DNA of 59,212 bases, filler included, from Sphacelaria rigidula (lineage: Eukaryota): NCBI GenBank assembly GCA_964200075.2. It is 5 parts of 5 records of this genome, joined end to end, with 100 filler letters (N's around TTAATTAATTAA, not from the genome) between each part and the next. Parts side by side here need not be neighbours in the genome. Positions count along the whole stretch, not along the records: positions 35,590 to 47,351 come from CAXNAA020004538.1; positions 47,452 to 59,212 come from CAXNAA020004539.1; 3 more parts are not named here. One strand, 5' to 3'. Shown here one piece after another: positions 36,776-47,986 of this stretch. Positions within the stretch are counted from its first letter, which is position 1. Every line of letters starts with the position of its first letter. The notes under the pieces are model-generated. The model did no database searches. It was not told the origin of the DNA and was given only the letters and a program-made list of their open reading frames with translations. The position numbers were made by a program, and so were the translations under genes.

Positions 36776-37704
36776 GTTCGGCGCTCGCGATGTTTTTATT
36801 TGACCGTGCGGGTGTAGGCTATCTGCAGGGCCTTGTATGTTGCGCTACCTGTACTCATCATGCTTGAGCAGAATTCCGCTTGTAATCCCACCCAACTTTC
36901 CCCGGCAAAGTTTGTCGACTACACGATTTTATGTTGAGTAAAATTCGCCAAACTCGCCAAGTATATCTTTACTGCAGGGTCTCACAGGTTCCTTAGCCTG
37001 TTGATCGATAATACCGGCATACAACCAGCCCCCTCCAAATGCAACGCAATTGCTCAGACGTCACGTCCATACAATCGAAAAACGACGTTCGTTTCTGGAC
37101 CCACCGGGTACCTTGGACAGTTTGTTCAAGAGCGTAGCATTCTAGTCGCCCCGCTGAACGATATTCCAAATAAGTAGGAGAGGTAAGCATATTGCTGCAC
37201 GATGTAGGTACACGCGCGCTCTCCTTATGCACCCAAACTCATGTACCGTACAACTGCAGCAAAACTTCACCACTTGTCATTTCTGTGCTTTGTCTCCGTA
37301 TATTCAGTACAACATACCTCATTATTATTTTTTTATTCAGCATGCGTTATCTATTTTTATTTTTTCGCCATAATTATGTCTACAGTTTCACAGGATTCGA
37401 GAACCTAGGGGGACGGCTGCTGAAAAGGTTACAGAATTGTACAAATCTTGGCCCCAGAGAATGTACGTTTCACGCACACTCTTGCGCAATCGTACCCTAC
37501 CCGACGACCAAACTGGAACGCCACACCCACATTCCACCTGACCCCTGAATTTGTGTCGTGTTGGACTGCATTGCCTGTTTCTGTCACCATGTTGGATTGT
37601 CGAGAACTCTACGTTGTTTCAGGCACTGACGGGTGGGGAAAAGGGCAAAACTTCAAAAGGGAGGGGGGGGGCATACTCATTTGTTTCGAGCATCCAAGTG
37701 ATTC

Positions 37705-38175
37705 CCCTAGCTGCTGTAATGTGCACTGTTCCCAACTCCTTCACCAACTTCACTGCATCCAAGTATTCTCTGAGCTGTTGTTGCAATCTGTACTGCTCAC
37801 AACTTGTTTAATTTTATTGCATCCAAGTATTCTTTTACCAGCTACCATTTGCACCGTTTCCGCATCAAAGTATTATTTTAGCTGCTGCCAGCTGCACTGC
37901 TTCCAATTTCTTCAACAACTTTACCCCTTGCTTTGCAATGTCTAATGCTAGTATCAGGTCATCAACGAATACCTCGAGTAGAGAGGGTGATAACGTACAT
38001 CCTGGTGCGACTCCTTGCAAAAAATCGAAATATTTCGATGTTTCCCTGTCTAGCATCATCGCACTTTTGGCACATTTCTGTCGTCTTCATCGTCCACACC
38101 TTTCCTTTTATCACAGTTCCTCATATATTTTCCCATAGCCCATTGCCCCATACTGCGTCATGAGTCTTTTGCACC
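37705..38175 (-). pseudogene. Non-LTR (LINE, RTE-like) reverse transcriptase fragment
   Basis: VQKTHDAVWGNGLW resembles the D..KAYD.V motif and QGVAPGCTLSPSLLEVFVDDL resembles GVxQGCxLSPxLF. These are joined directly to a C-terminal LE.VQ..AAK.IL segment. Confidence 0.8.
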
Positions 38176-38199
38176 CGTATCACCCCACAGTTTCTTCGA

Positions 38200-39224
38200 C
38201 CCCGCCATCGCACTCGAAGCACCCCGCTTCCCCACGTAGTGATGCCTTGAAACTTTTGCCCATAGGTGCTACTTCCTGGAAAGGCTGTAGCAGTGCCGAG
38301 CTGAAGCACCACGTGTATGATTATGGGAATTTCTTTCGGCGAGCATGATACGGAGATGAAGACTGGAAAGAGCTATCTCGCCGACAACTCGAGCGTCCCA
38401 AGCTGGAACGGAGGAATCAAAGAGAGACTGGAGCCGAGGACGTTTACGAATAGCTGTTGTGTGATGTGGTATATAATGTTATTGCGTAACCATATATCTC
38501 TGCTACCGTACGCTCCAGTCATGAATTTCGAGAGTTCTTGTCTTTTTCTCTTGTCGCTTTGTCATTGACTGCTCCCCATTTGGTAAGATACGAGCGTATG
38601 TGTGAGCCAAGGCGCGTGGGCTCTAGTTCCAGTAGAATAGGCGTCAGGAGTTACAGAAGAGCACCCTGCAAAAGCTACACTCCTGTAACTATTGATCAGT
38701 TCGCGGAAAGGTTGTTTTTAGCGAGGTTCAAACCCCGCATTACCCAAGAATCCAGTGTAACTGATCCAGGGTGTCGACGCGCGATCGAGCTAACTAGCCG
38801 ATCGTTCTCCAGTCGAACTGAGATCCCGGGAAAACGACAGCGACCGTACGTGTCTGCTGTTTCTGTCGTTGTGAAGGGCGTTATAGATTTTTTTTCCTTT
38901 CCTAACGGATGGAGTTTTCCCCTGCTTATCAGGGTTTACCCATTCATTAGATCTGCAACGAGTTTTCCCCTGTACTGTAATTCAGCAGGATTTTCTCGTT
39001 TTACTTTCAAGCGTATGATGCACAGACTTTTATTTTGTCCTGGCCTTACCAGATTTCCAATAATTTTTTGTTTAGCCATATAAATATGGCTAGGGGGGTG
39101 TTACAGAGTTATTGGTCATTGTCCAGTCGAGTAGGTTCCCATGTGTCATACTTTGTCATGCTTGGTACCCGATGGGTCATACTCCATTGTGGTTGGATTG
39201 ACCCGGCTGCCCTCACGTGTCACA
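38200..39224 (+). mobile_element. Possible 3' end of a degenerate LTR retrotransposon (Tudor-like integrase tail, PPT, short LTR)
   Basis: Decayed peptide VYDYGNFFRRA*YGDEDWKELSRRQLE near 38310-38390. A purine tract AGGGGGG directly precedes TGTTACA at 39099, and TGTCACA ends at 39224. No second LTR to confirm. Confidence 0.35.
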
Positions 39225-41354
39225 GCGTTTTGGACTATGCATCTTAACTAGCAAAGCACAAGTCAGCCTGTACGCCAATAATACAAGAGCATCTACGCTA
39301 TCATGGACTGCTATCTCAGAGGATTCTCTGGTCTTCACAAATGTAAGCCTGACCTTCATGCAACATATGTTGTTCTGGCGTCTGAGCGGCTCATCGGGTC
39401 TGCAGCCCAACGCTGCGAACATGACTGGCTCTGCACTCGGTAAAGTCGAGCTCGATGGCTTCGATACTCATGATTGTGTTTGAGCCCGCTAGCCCTCGGT
39501 GCCCACTGAACTGGCATCTTCCTACCAATGTGGTGAGTATCGAGCCATGACATACAGTCGAACAGCAATACCAAACTTTTCTGGGATTGACATCAGGCAG
39601 TCCGTGGAGAACGGAACAGAAATCGACGAGGTACCGTTCGTATTAAAAAACTATGCGCATGAAACCCTTTGCAGGTTGGAAAGCACGGATTGTCATGGAG
39701 AAGAAACTCTCTGTGCCTCCATTAGTGTTACTTGTAATACTCTATCGTCGTCCATTGATACCTGGCGAAGGGACAGGAAAGCCGTCCTCCCCTCAGGTCT
39801 TGGGAGTCGTTTAAATTGTGTGGATGTAGGTGAGAAAAATCAAACTGTTTAGCTTCCATAGCTGTTGCGAAATTCGGTGCATGTTGCTACCGTGACCTCC
39901 TCTGAGCAGATGGGAGTAAGAACGGTAGAGCAACGAAAGCTAGCCATGATCGCGTTTGCCTGCCGTACTACCGACAGCGTTGCGTGAAAGCCACAAGACC
40001 TTTGCTGTCGGCGGTTGATGGCGTGGATCGTAAATGCAACGACAAGTTGTTGATCGTAAGGCATGACCTCCTCACATCGGAATTCATTCTGGAAAGCTAC
40101 TCGTACTGTACCGAGGTGTTCACGCGGCCACCGTGTGCTCCAGATTGCAGCGTGGAGGCACTCCTGTGCGCCACGCTAGCAACAGTTAGGTCACCACCGT
40201 AATGTTTGTTTTTCACTCCGCATGTCAAGAAGGCCTCTACAAGTGTTTGATCTCTCATACACCCACCCAACTGGCGTGTGGCACGCTCTTCTGGTCGGGC
40301 ACCCAGAGGGTCAGATGTGGGGTAAAATCAAGGATGAATAACACCCCCCAAGTTCAAGTTGGATGTTTTTGTTATCGCCAAAGCACCGTCCTTGCTGACA
40401 TGTGTATGACAGACAACAGTAGCGTGACGGGAACATCGCCGTGTTCTGCAGCGTACAGGGGCGCGTCCTGTCCAAAAGGAGAGGCAGAGAGAAATCGATC
40501 TTTGCATTGGTGGTGAGCTCCAAGACAAGACGAGACATCCCTCCGTACCTCGACCTCCTCTGAGGGGCTGTGCAGCAATACGATTGTGTACTGTGACTTT
40601 ACCAATCCTTTCCTCATGAGACTGATTTGATCTCTGGTTGGTTCACGAGGGGACGGGGGGAGGGGGGGTGCGGCACACCTGGAACTGGATCATTTCTCGG
40701 TCGACGTCCATCGATCCATCACATTGCCCCAACATCTAACCTTCGTACTTTAAAATTCGACTCCACGGTCGACGAGGGAAAGGGATTGCTGAACCCCTCT
40801 CGTGATAAAAAATCAAGGCAAGCACCGCAGAAGGAAGCTGGGGTACAAAACACAAATAAAAAAGAAGCTCCTGTGTTGACCTTACTCCTGTGTGACCCCG
40901 GCCGGTGCGCCCACGAATACCGGAAGGTGTAGCCCGGCGTCCAGAATAGATGGGACGACAACACGCACACTTCATGGCCTCAATTCCTGATCGAAACGCA
41001 TGACAATTTCGAGGAATGAACCCACGTACCCCGGTACAAATATTGTTATATCCACCATAGGATCGGTACTCATCACGACCCTTTTTACGAAAGCCCCCCC
41101 CCCCCCTCCTAAAAAACAAAAGAGTGACTGGTTCGGGGAGGCGAAATCTACACGTCAATCGGAACAAAAAAAACGAGCACAACGAGCAGATGGGAATTCT
41201 CACGGTAGGGTTTCTTTTTGCAAATGTCGCCCATATGAGGCGCTTCATGCAGCCCGAAACCAAACATCAGGCGCTGTATGACCATTTTCTTCGTGACAGT
41301 TTTGGGCTGTTTTTTTTTGTTGGGGAGGGGGGGCAATCGTAGAAAGACTCTTAC

Positions 41355-42255
41355 GTCGACTTTTCCTTCACTTCCGTCCTCGGGCTTTCCACAACGAGAC
41401 ACAGCTCATTGATCATGATTACTCCCGTTGGGGTTCAAACTCACCAATCCGCCCAAGGATGCGGTCGCCAAGTCCAAGACAATATGCTACCGATAGTGAT
41501 AGTGATGGTGATGGTGGAGTAGACCAAGATGAGATAAGTCACGGGATTTTGAACTAATCTCATGATACCTTACGAACACATTTGACCAACAGGAAAACAT
41601 GACTTTCCCCATATCTCATTTCATCCCTCCCGCCACCCGACATCATGTCAGAACAAAAGTACCAGCTGACCCCCACCGTTGGTAACTGCTACACTAGAGC
41701 TGACTAGTTTCTCCACATCGCAAACATCGCTCCAACATCAACAGTGTATTCGGTGGCTACTGTTACGCACTTGGGGCTCGTCTAAAGGGGCTTCTCGCAA
41801 AAGGGGTTCAAATGCTACCATACAGTGACGGATCAGTCCTGCAGCCTGCATTCCGCCGCTCGTGCGTGACCCTCCAGGCCTTCCATCCGGGCCAAGTGAA
41901 CCGCGTCGCTGTAGGAAAGAAAAACAACCACAAGAAACGAAAGAAAAAACACAAAAACAAACACAACGAGGAGGGAAAACAGGTAGTGGTAGCACTTTGT
42001 AACTCGTTCACAACGAAGCCTCGTCTCAAAATAGTGGTTCGTCTCGACAGTCCCGTTCCGTTGCACGTTGTTACTGTCCTGCTCCACTGCGATCGGAGTA
42101 GGTTAGGGTCGGATTGTCTTCTACGATATATTTGTAGTAAACAAATTCGTGCGATGTAGCACAGATTGGCCACCAAGAGGGAGCAGGCAGAAGCAGATTC
42201 ATCCTCTTACTTGCGCTCGAAATTCTTTGATCGCGGGGGAGATATAACAGCTCGA
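41355..42255 (-). CDS. Candidate internal exons of an unidentified gene (42255-42211, 41908-41771, 41384-41355)
   Basis: 41908-41771 has a long polypyrimidine tract, CAG acceptor, GTGCGT donor and 46 open codons. The flanking micro-exons have AG and GTAAGA boundaries and are also multiples of 3. No recognisable domain. Confidence 0.3.
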
Positions 42256-42977
42256 CTTGGCCGAGAGAGAGTCACAGTTAGTCACCTTGGACAAGAACGT
42301 GGACCAAGGCTTGAGCACTGGGAATGGTCGTTGCCGTTATCATCTTCGTAGCTATCGGAACAATTGTGACACACGTTTTCTCCAAGTATCTTAAACTAAT
42401 GCTTCGGTGCACCAGGCATTGAAAACCCGCTGGGCTAAGGTCGAAACTCTTCAAGGAGAGTAGTGTGATGAGTATAAACTTTTTCAACATTAGAATTCTC
42501 GAGGGACCTCAGGACAATTTTCTCGCCATGTCTCACAGGGCAGCAATTTAAATTTTTAATTTCTACGAGCTCTCGCATATCGTCTACTTTAAAATTCAAG
42601 TACTGTCACCGCAGCATTTCGGTCAAATGAGATTATAGTACGTTCCTTCTCCCGTCAAGCTCCGTACAGGTGCACCAAATCTCTTCGGGAAGTGGACATG
42701 ATCGCATGTGCCGTGCTGTTGTCATTTGTGAACGCATGCATGTACTGCACAGCTATCTACTGCAGCTGTATATACAGTCTGCTCTGTTGCGCAGCGGCAT
42801 GCTGGCCGCGCTGGACTATTGCTGCATCGTGCGCGCACGTTTGTTTTACCCGATCATTGCGTTCACTATATTTCCTGGGCAGCCCTCACAGCTCACATTA
42901 TCGTTCAAGCAGACTTAATACATATGTCTTCTGGTCGCTGCCGTCGCCATGTGCTAATGGAAATAATGTCAACGTTC

Positions 42978-44152
42978 CAAGGGTAGGTCGAGTAGAGTAT
43001 ACTCAATACCCAGTATTTTTCAATAGTCATACTTTTAGTATTCAAAGTTTGAGTAGAGTATTCGAGGTCGTACTCAACCTATTCAATTATTCGAGTAGAG
43101 TATTTGAAACCATACTCAATCTACTCGAAATTTGAGTAGAGTATTGAGGTCATACTCAAGTGATACTCGATACTCGAGTATTACTGAGATAGCTTACTCA
43201 AAATTTGAGTAGAGTATTTGAGACCATACTCAACATACTCAAAAATTGAGTAGAGTATCTAAGGCCGTACTCAACGTACTCGAAATTTGAGTAGAGTATT
43301 TGAAGTCGTACTCAACGTACTCAAAAATTGAGTCATGTATTTGACGTCGTACTCGACCGACTCAAAGGTCGAGTAGAGTAAATACTCGAGTATTCTACTC
43401 GAGTACTCAAAAGTGCATACTCAACTTGACCTACCCTCGAAAAAATGGTTTTTGTCCATACTAAACCGGCTGGTGATATGGGGCGCTGGGTCAGATAGGT
43501 TCATTCACCTGCGCGCTTTTGTTATTTTTTCATGGCCATCATTCGCTCATACTCCTTGCTGGCTGTGATGTAACGCCGCCCATCTAGTTGATGGCCATCG
43601 TTCGCCGATGTATTCAACATAGTCTATGAAGTGACGTCACGAAGTCGCCGACTGTCAGGGATACTCACCATACCCAAGGAGTACTCTATACTCAAGTATT
43701 ACTGAGAGTGCTTACTCAATATTTGAGTATAGTATTTGAGGTCGTACTCTATCTACTCAGTATTTGAGGAGAGTATTTGAGGCCATACTCAACCTACTCA
43801 AAATTTGAGTAGAGAATTCGAGGTCGTCCTCAACGTACTCAAACTTTGAGTAGAATATTTTAGGCCGTACTCGACGTACTAAAATTTGAGTAGAGTACTG
43901 AGGTTATACTCAAGTGATACTCTATGCTCAAGTATTACCGAGAGTGCTTACTCGAAATTTGAGTAGAGTATTTGAGACCACACTCAACCTACTCAAAATT
44001 TGAGTAGAGCATTTGAGGCCGTACTCAACCTACTCAAAATTTGAGTAGAGTATTTGAGGCCGTACTTGACCTACTCAGACGTCGAGTAGAGTAAATACTT
44101 GAGGATTTTACTCGAGTACTCAGAAGTACATACTCTCCTCGACCTACCCTTG
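42978..44152. mobile_element. Non-autonomous DNA transposon with 15-bp TIR and 8-bp TSD (P or hAT type), filled with 41-bp hairpin units
   Basis: TIR CAAGGGTAGGTCGAG / CTCGACCTACCCTTG. Perfect TSD CAACGTTC at 42970-42977 and 44153-44160. About 17 units of TTGAGTAGAGTATTTGAGGCCGTACTCAACCTACTCAAAAT. Confidence 0.92.
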
Positions 44153-44407
44153 CAACGTTCTCATCAAATTATTATTGTGCGACAAATACTTCGTGCAGCA
44201 TCACATCGACAAAATCACAAAAAGGTCGTCGAAATCCTAACTCCTGCACGTCATCTCGCTCCCACGTGCGGACCTCTTTGTCTGGATACGTCTTCAGTCG
44301 TCAACGCGATGGGGGCTCCCTCCTCCTCACTCTCCTCTATCTCGCTTGCACAGCACAAGACACCAAACACCGCCACACACTGCCATCCAAGCATATATTG
44401 TATAGTG

Positions 44408-44704
44408 TACGCGTGGTGTAGTGGTCCGACTGTCGTCATCAGGGTGGATAGAACGAGGGTTCGATTCCCGATGCCTTGGGTTTTTTCTTGGTAGTGTGTG
44501 GTTTCCAGCGTGGAAGGTGTGAGGACGTGGGTAATTTAAGTAGTCGACTGGGTTCGTGTGACGTGAGTTGACGCGGTGCTGACCCACCCCGCGAGACCAA
44601 AATGTAAGGCGCGTACCGGGGGGGGAGATGGGTTGATCCCTTGAGACCAAGGACTGATTCCGAGGAAGGAGAGGGGTTCAAAGTGCAAGGGGAAAAAAAA
44701 AAAA
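44408..44704 (+). mobile_element. tRNA-derived SINE-like element
   Basis: A-box TGGTGTAGTGG near 44414, B-box GGTTCGATTCCC near 44458, a body of about 230 bp and an A12 tail ending at 44704. No TSD identified. Confidence 0.6.
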
Positions 44705-47351
44705 GGAGACGAATGATGTTCGCGCTCAAATCGCAGCAGTTTGTTTCTTGGAGCTCTGAGAACTCATGATTCACACAGTATAGTTATGACGTGGAAGTCT
44801 AGACAACATCGTTTTCTCTCTCTGAGACCTGTTCATTATTCCGGGTACAAAACAAGATACCCGAACCTTTACATAGACTGACCCAATTGCACTCGGACGC
44901 CAACCCTGATCCTGAACCCGACGGAGGTAGACCCGACTCTCGGGCAGCGACCGTTTTTTACCTAGTCCGTTGGTGTGTTGCCCTGGGGGCCTGAGTGAAA
45001 ACGCGATGCTGTGCAAGAGTTCTCCTGCATCCGCACACAAAGGTTTCCCCGCATCCACGGCCAACAGAGTAAAAGCCTGTATGAAGATCCGGATCTGGAC
45101 GTGTGTCTGCAATTACCGCACGTATTGCTTCTGTTAGGATCAAGACTGAGGCCAGTAGGGTATAGTCCATCTGTAGAGTGGGCACCACCTTCACACGGAC
45201 GATGAACGCGAGACGCAGACCGCCCACCGTGGCGGTTAAAGGGTTACCACCTTCCATCGACATCACATCCGCGGTAATCCAGGCCTCATTTTCGAGATTT
45301 TCGAGTGCAATACATTATTGAAACTCAACCCCTCGACAACAAACCCCCCGCAGATGATCTCCGATGGTCTATGCCACACTTGGGGATCAGAACAGCTTTT
45401 CTCCAAACGTTCAAAACAGCTTTTCTTCAAACGATTGAACGCCTCTTCTCTAAACGATAAAACACCCTTTTCATGAACATCCCACCCCCCACCCCTGGCG
45501 ACCTCTGGATGTCTCCGGACTGTCAGCCGGCGAACTGTTCCGAGGCGAGGCTCGCAGTGAACGCATTGAGAGTCCAAAGTTTGACAGGAGACGCATAATG
45601 GTATACTGAAGTCGGATTTGGGCCGGAGTTATTGAAAAATCGGGTAGATGAAAACCCGGTGCCAATGTCGATGATGATGATGCAGCCGTATTTGCGGAGA
45701 ATGCGGGCGGATCCCCTGCTGCCTCACCCACTATACGGGTGGAATGATGATGGTGCACCAATGTAAACGTATGCGGCATTATAGTTGGTGGCGTCGGTAC
45801 AGTACCCCAATTCAAATCCTCACATTACTACAGTACACTACTCCAGTCGTGCAGCGGTTTCATCCTGACAGTACTATACTGCAGTACGATGCGAATCCTC
45901 ACAGTTCTACAGTACAAGAGTACGATGCAAATCCTCGCAGTACTTGAGTAAAGCCCTCTGGTCGTGAGGCCTCGGAAATGGTTTGTCTAACGATCATCTA
46001 GTTGATTGGTTACGCGTAGCGCAACCATTACCCACTTAGTGGTACAGGGTACAGTATGGTTCGGGCATTGAGCGGCGCAGCCGCGAGCTAAAAAGCCCCC
46101 CCCCCCCCCCCCCCCCCCGGGGGGGCCGCCGGGGGGCGCCGGCACGGCGGCACCGTCTTTCCCGGGGTGGGTTCTCCCCCGCCCACAAAAAATAAAAATT
46201 GGCCAATTTTCAAGGTCTGTATATAGCATCCGTAGCCGGTAGCAGCTGATAAAGCCGGTAGCGGTAAATAATGGTTCAGAACCATCGTCCAAATTTTTCA
46301 AACAATCATCACCACTATTATCATTGTAATGATAATGGCCAATTATAACTGGTACCACTTCTGAGTTCTACTGGGTGTACAGCCGTTCCGCATTTGTACT
46401 GCGTGCACTCCGACAAGAAACTGATCGACTGCTCAGGTCGCCGTTCCGCATGTGTGCTAATGCGTTTGTATACCAAGCTCTCGGCATTTTCTATGTCAAT
46501 CGCTTCGATGTTCCGTATCACCGGCAAAGGCACACTGACCAGACCCTCTCAGGCCATCTTCAGCATTCGTCACCTTAAACAGGTGATGACTCGTCGGACT
46601 TCAATTTCATTAATTTGGGTAATGAGATATTGTCCCTTTCTCACAAAACATGTAGCCCTTCGATTGGAAATACATCACATGAGGGCGCGGTGGGGGGTTA
46701 GTTACGCAGGGGACGAGAAAACAGCCGTCCCCGGGGGGTGATTTATACGGTGAATTTATGGGTGGTACACACCATTTTCGCCTCACCCGTGCGAATAGCA
46801 ATAAGTTTGGATGGTGTACTATTATAGCGCTTTCAAGATACTTCAAATACGAAACAAAAATAGCCCCCCACCCGGGAATTGAATGAACGCACCCTCCCTT
46901 CCAGACATGATCACACGGGTGGCATCTACCGTTTTGACCTGTTACACACGAATGACGATATACCCGAGCACACGAACGCGTCGATAGAGGGTGTTTTGCG
47001 GTCGTGATTTTTTTCTTCCCTCGATTTAAGCCAGACTTGGACCCGCGAGACATTGGCTTGGATTACCGTGGATGCGCCCTGCGGTACCAGCGCCACGCAC
47101 ATCATCATAGTACGTGTGTTAAATGCTCACTTCAGTGAACATGCAAAAAGTAGAATGGCCTCCATGACACGGGAGGCTAGGGTTCCATTTCTTTCATGGT
47201 ATCGTGATTGGGCGAGGAGCGGTCTCCTTTCCTGTCATGTTACAGGGATCGGACGAGGAACTACGACACTTTCTACGATAGCCCCCCCCCAAAACCAGCT
47301 TAAAGTGTCACGAGACAAATGGCCATACAGCGCCTGATGTTCGGGTTCAGG

Positions 47352-47451
47352 NNNNNNNNNNNNNNNNNNNNNNNNNNNNNNNNNNNNNNNNNNNNTTAAT
47401 TAATTAANNNNNNNNNNNNNNNNNNNNNNNNNNNNNNNNNNNNNNNNNNNN
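47352..47451. other. Artificial scaffold-joining linker
   Basis: N44-TTAATTAATTAA-N44. Confidence 0.97.
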
Positions 47452-47986
47452 AAAACAAGAGTAAAACAAGAATTATCCCTGACCCCAAACCTAGCCCCCC
47501 CCCTCTACTCAACGACCCATGACGCGCCCCCCAAACTAAAAACAGTATACTAGTGAACCCCCACACTAAAACCAAGGCAATTCTCATAATAGTTCTCAAA
47601 TATATCCCAGAAAACTTGCCAAAATTCCCAATATTCGACACACGATGTCTCAGTAATTACGAATCGGATTCAACTTTTTTTTTCTTAGAGGTATCCTCAA
47701 ATCCATAGCTTTTCAACAAGCCTATCGGTAGTATCGTGAGTGACTAGGTTGGCGAGATATGATTTGTACCCCATAAGGACCTTTACTTATGGCACAGAGG
47801 AAGTATATCCATGACCCAAATTCATGACGTGCCGCGTACATCGCTACTGGTGCAGCGGGAAAAAAAAAAAGTGAAGCAAGATTGACAAGAGCGACCCCGA
47901 GAATGTCAGGGAAAGGGAAACGAAAACAATCGATTGAGTGCAAAAAACAAAAGTACTACACAATAACAAGCCACGGAAAAACCCAC

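Noticed and set aside
39850..40620. Ankyrin-like fragment (GQDAPLYAAEHGDVPVTLLL) on the minus strand
   Set aside because: A single weak repeat among stops with no consistent exon structure; insufficient support.
43050..44100. Regular palindromic 41-bp repeats resembling a CRISPR array
   Set aside because: Units are contiguous with no unique spacers, no cas genes are present, the context is eukaryotic, and the array is bounded by a TIR and 8-bp TSD.
44408..44480. Functional tRNA gene
   Set aside because: A and B boxes are present but there is no convincing acceptor or anticodon stem; it continues into a body and A-tail, so it is treated as SINE-like.
44771..45815. Cluster of minus-strand ORFs of 100-115 aa as a retroelement gag or a gene
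   Set aside because: No recognisable motif or terminal repeats.
46095..46145. C-run/G-run GC palindrome
   Set aside because: Homopolymer-associated low-complexity sequence, likely error-prone; no further structure.
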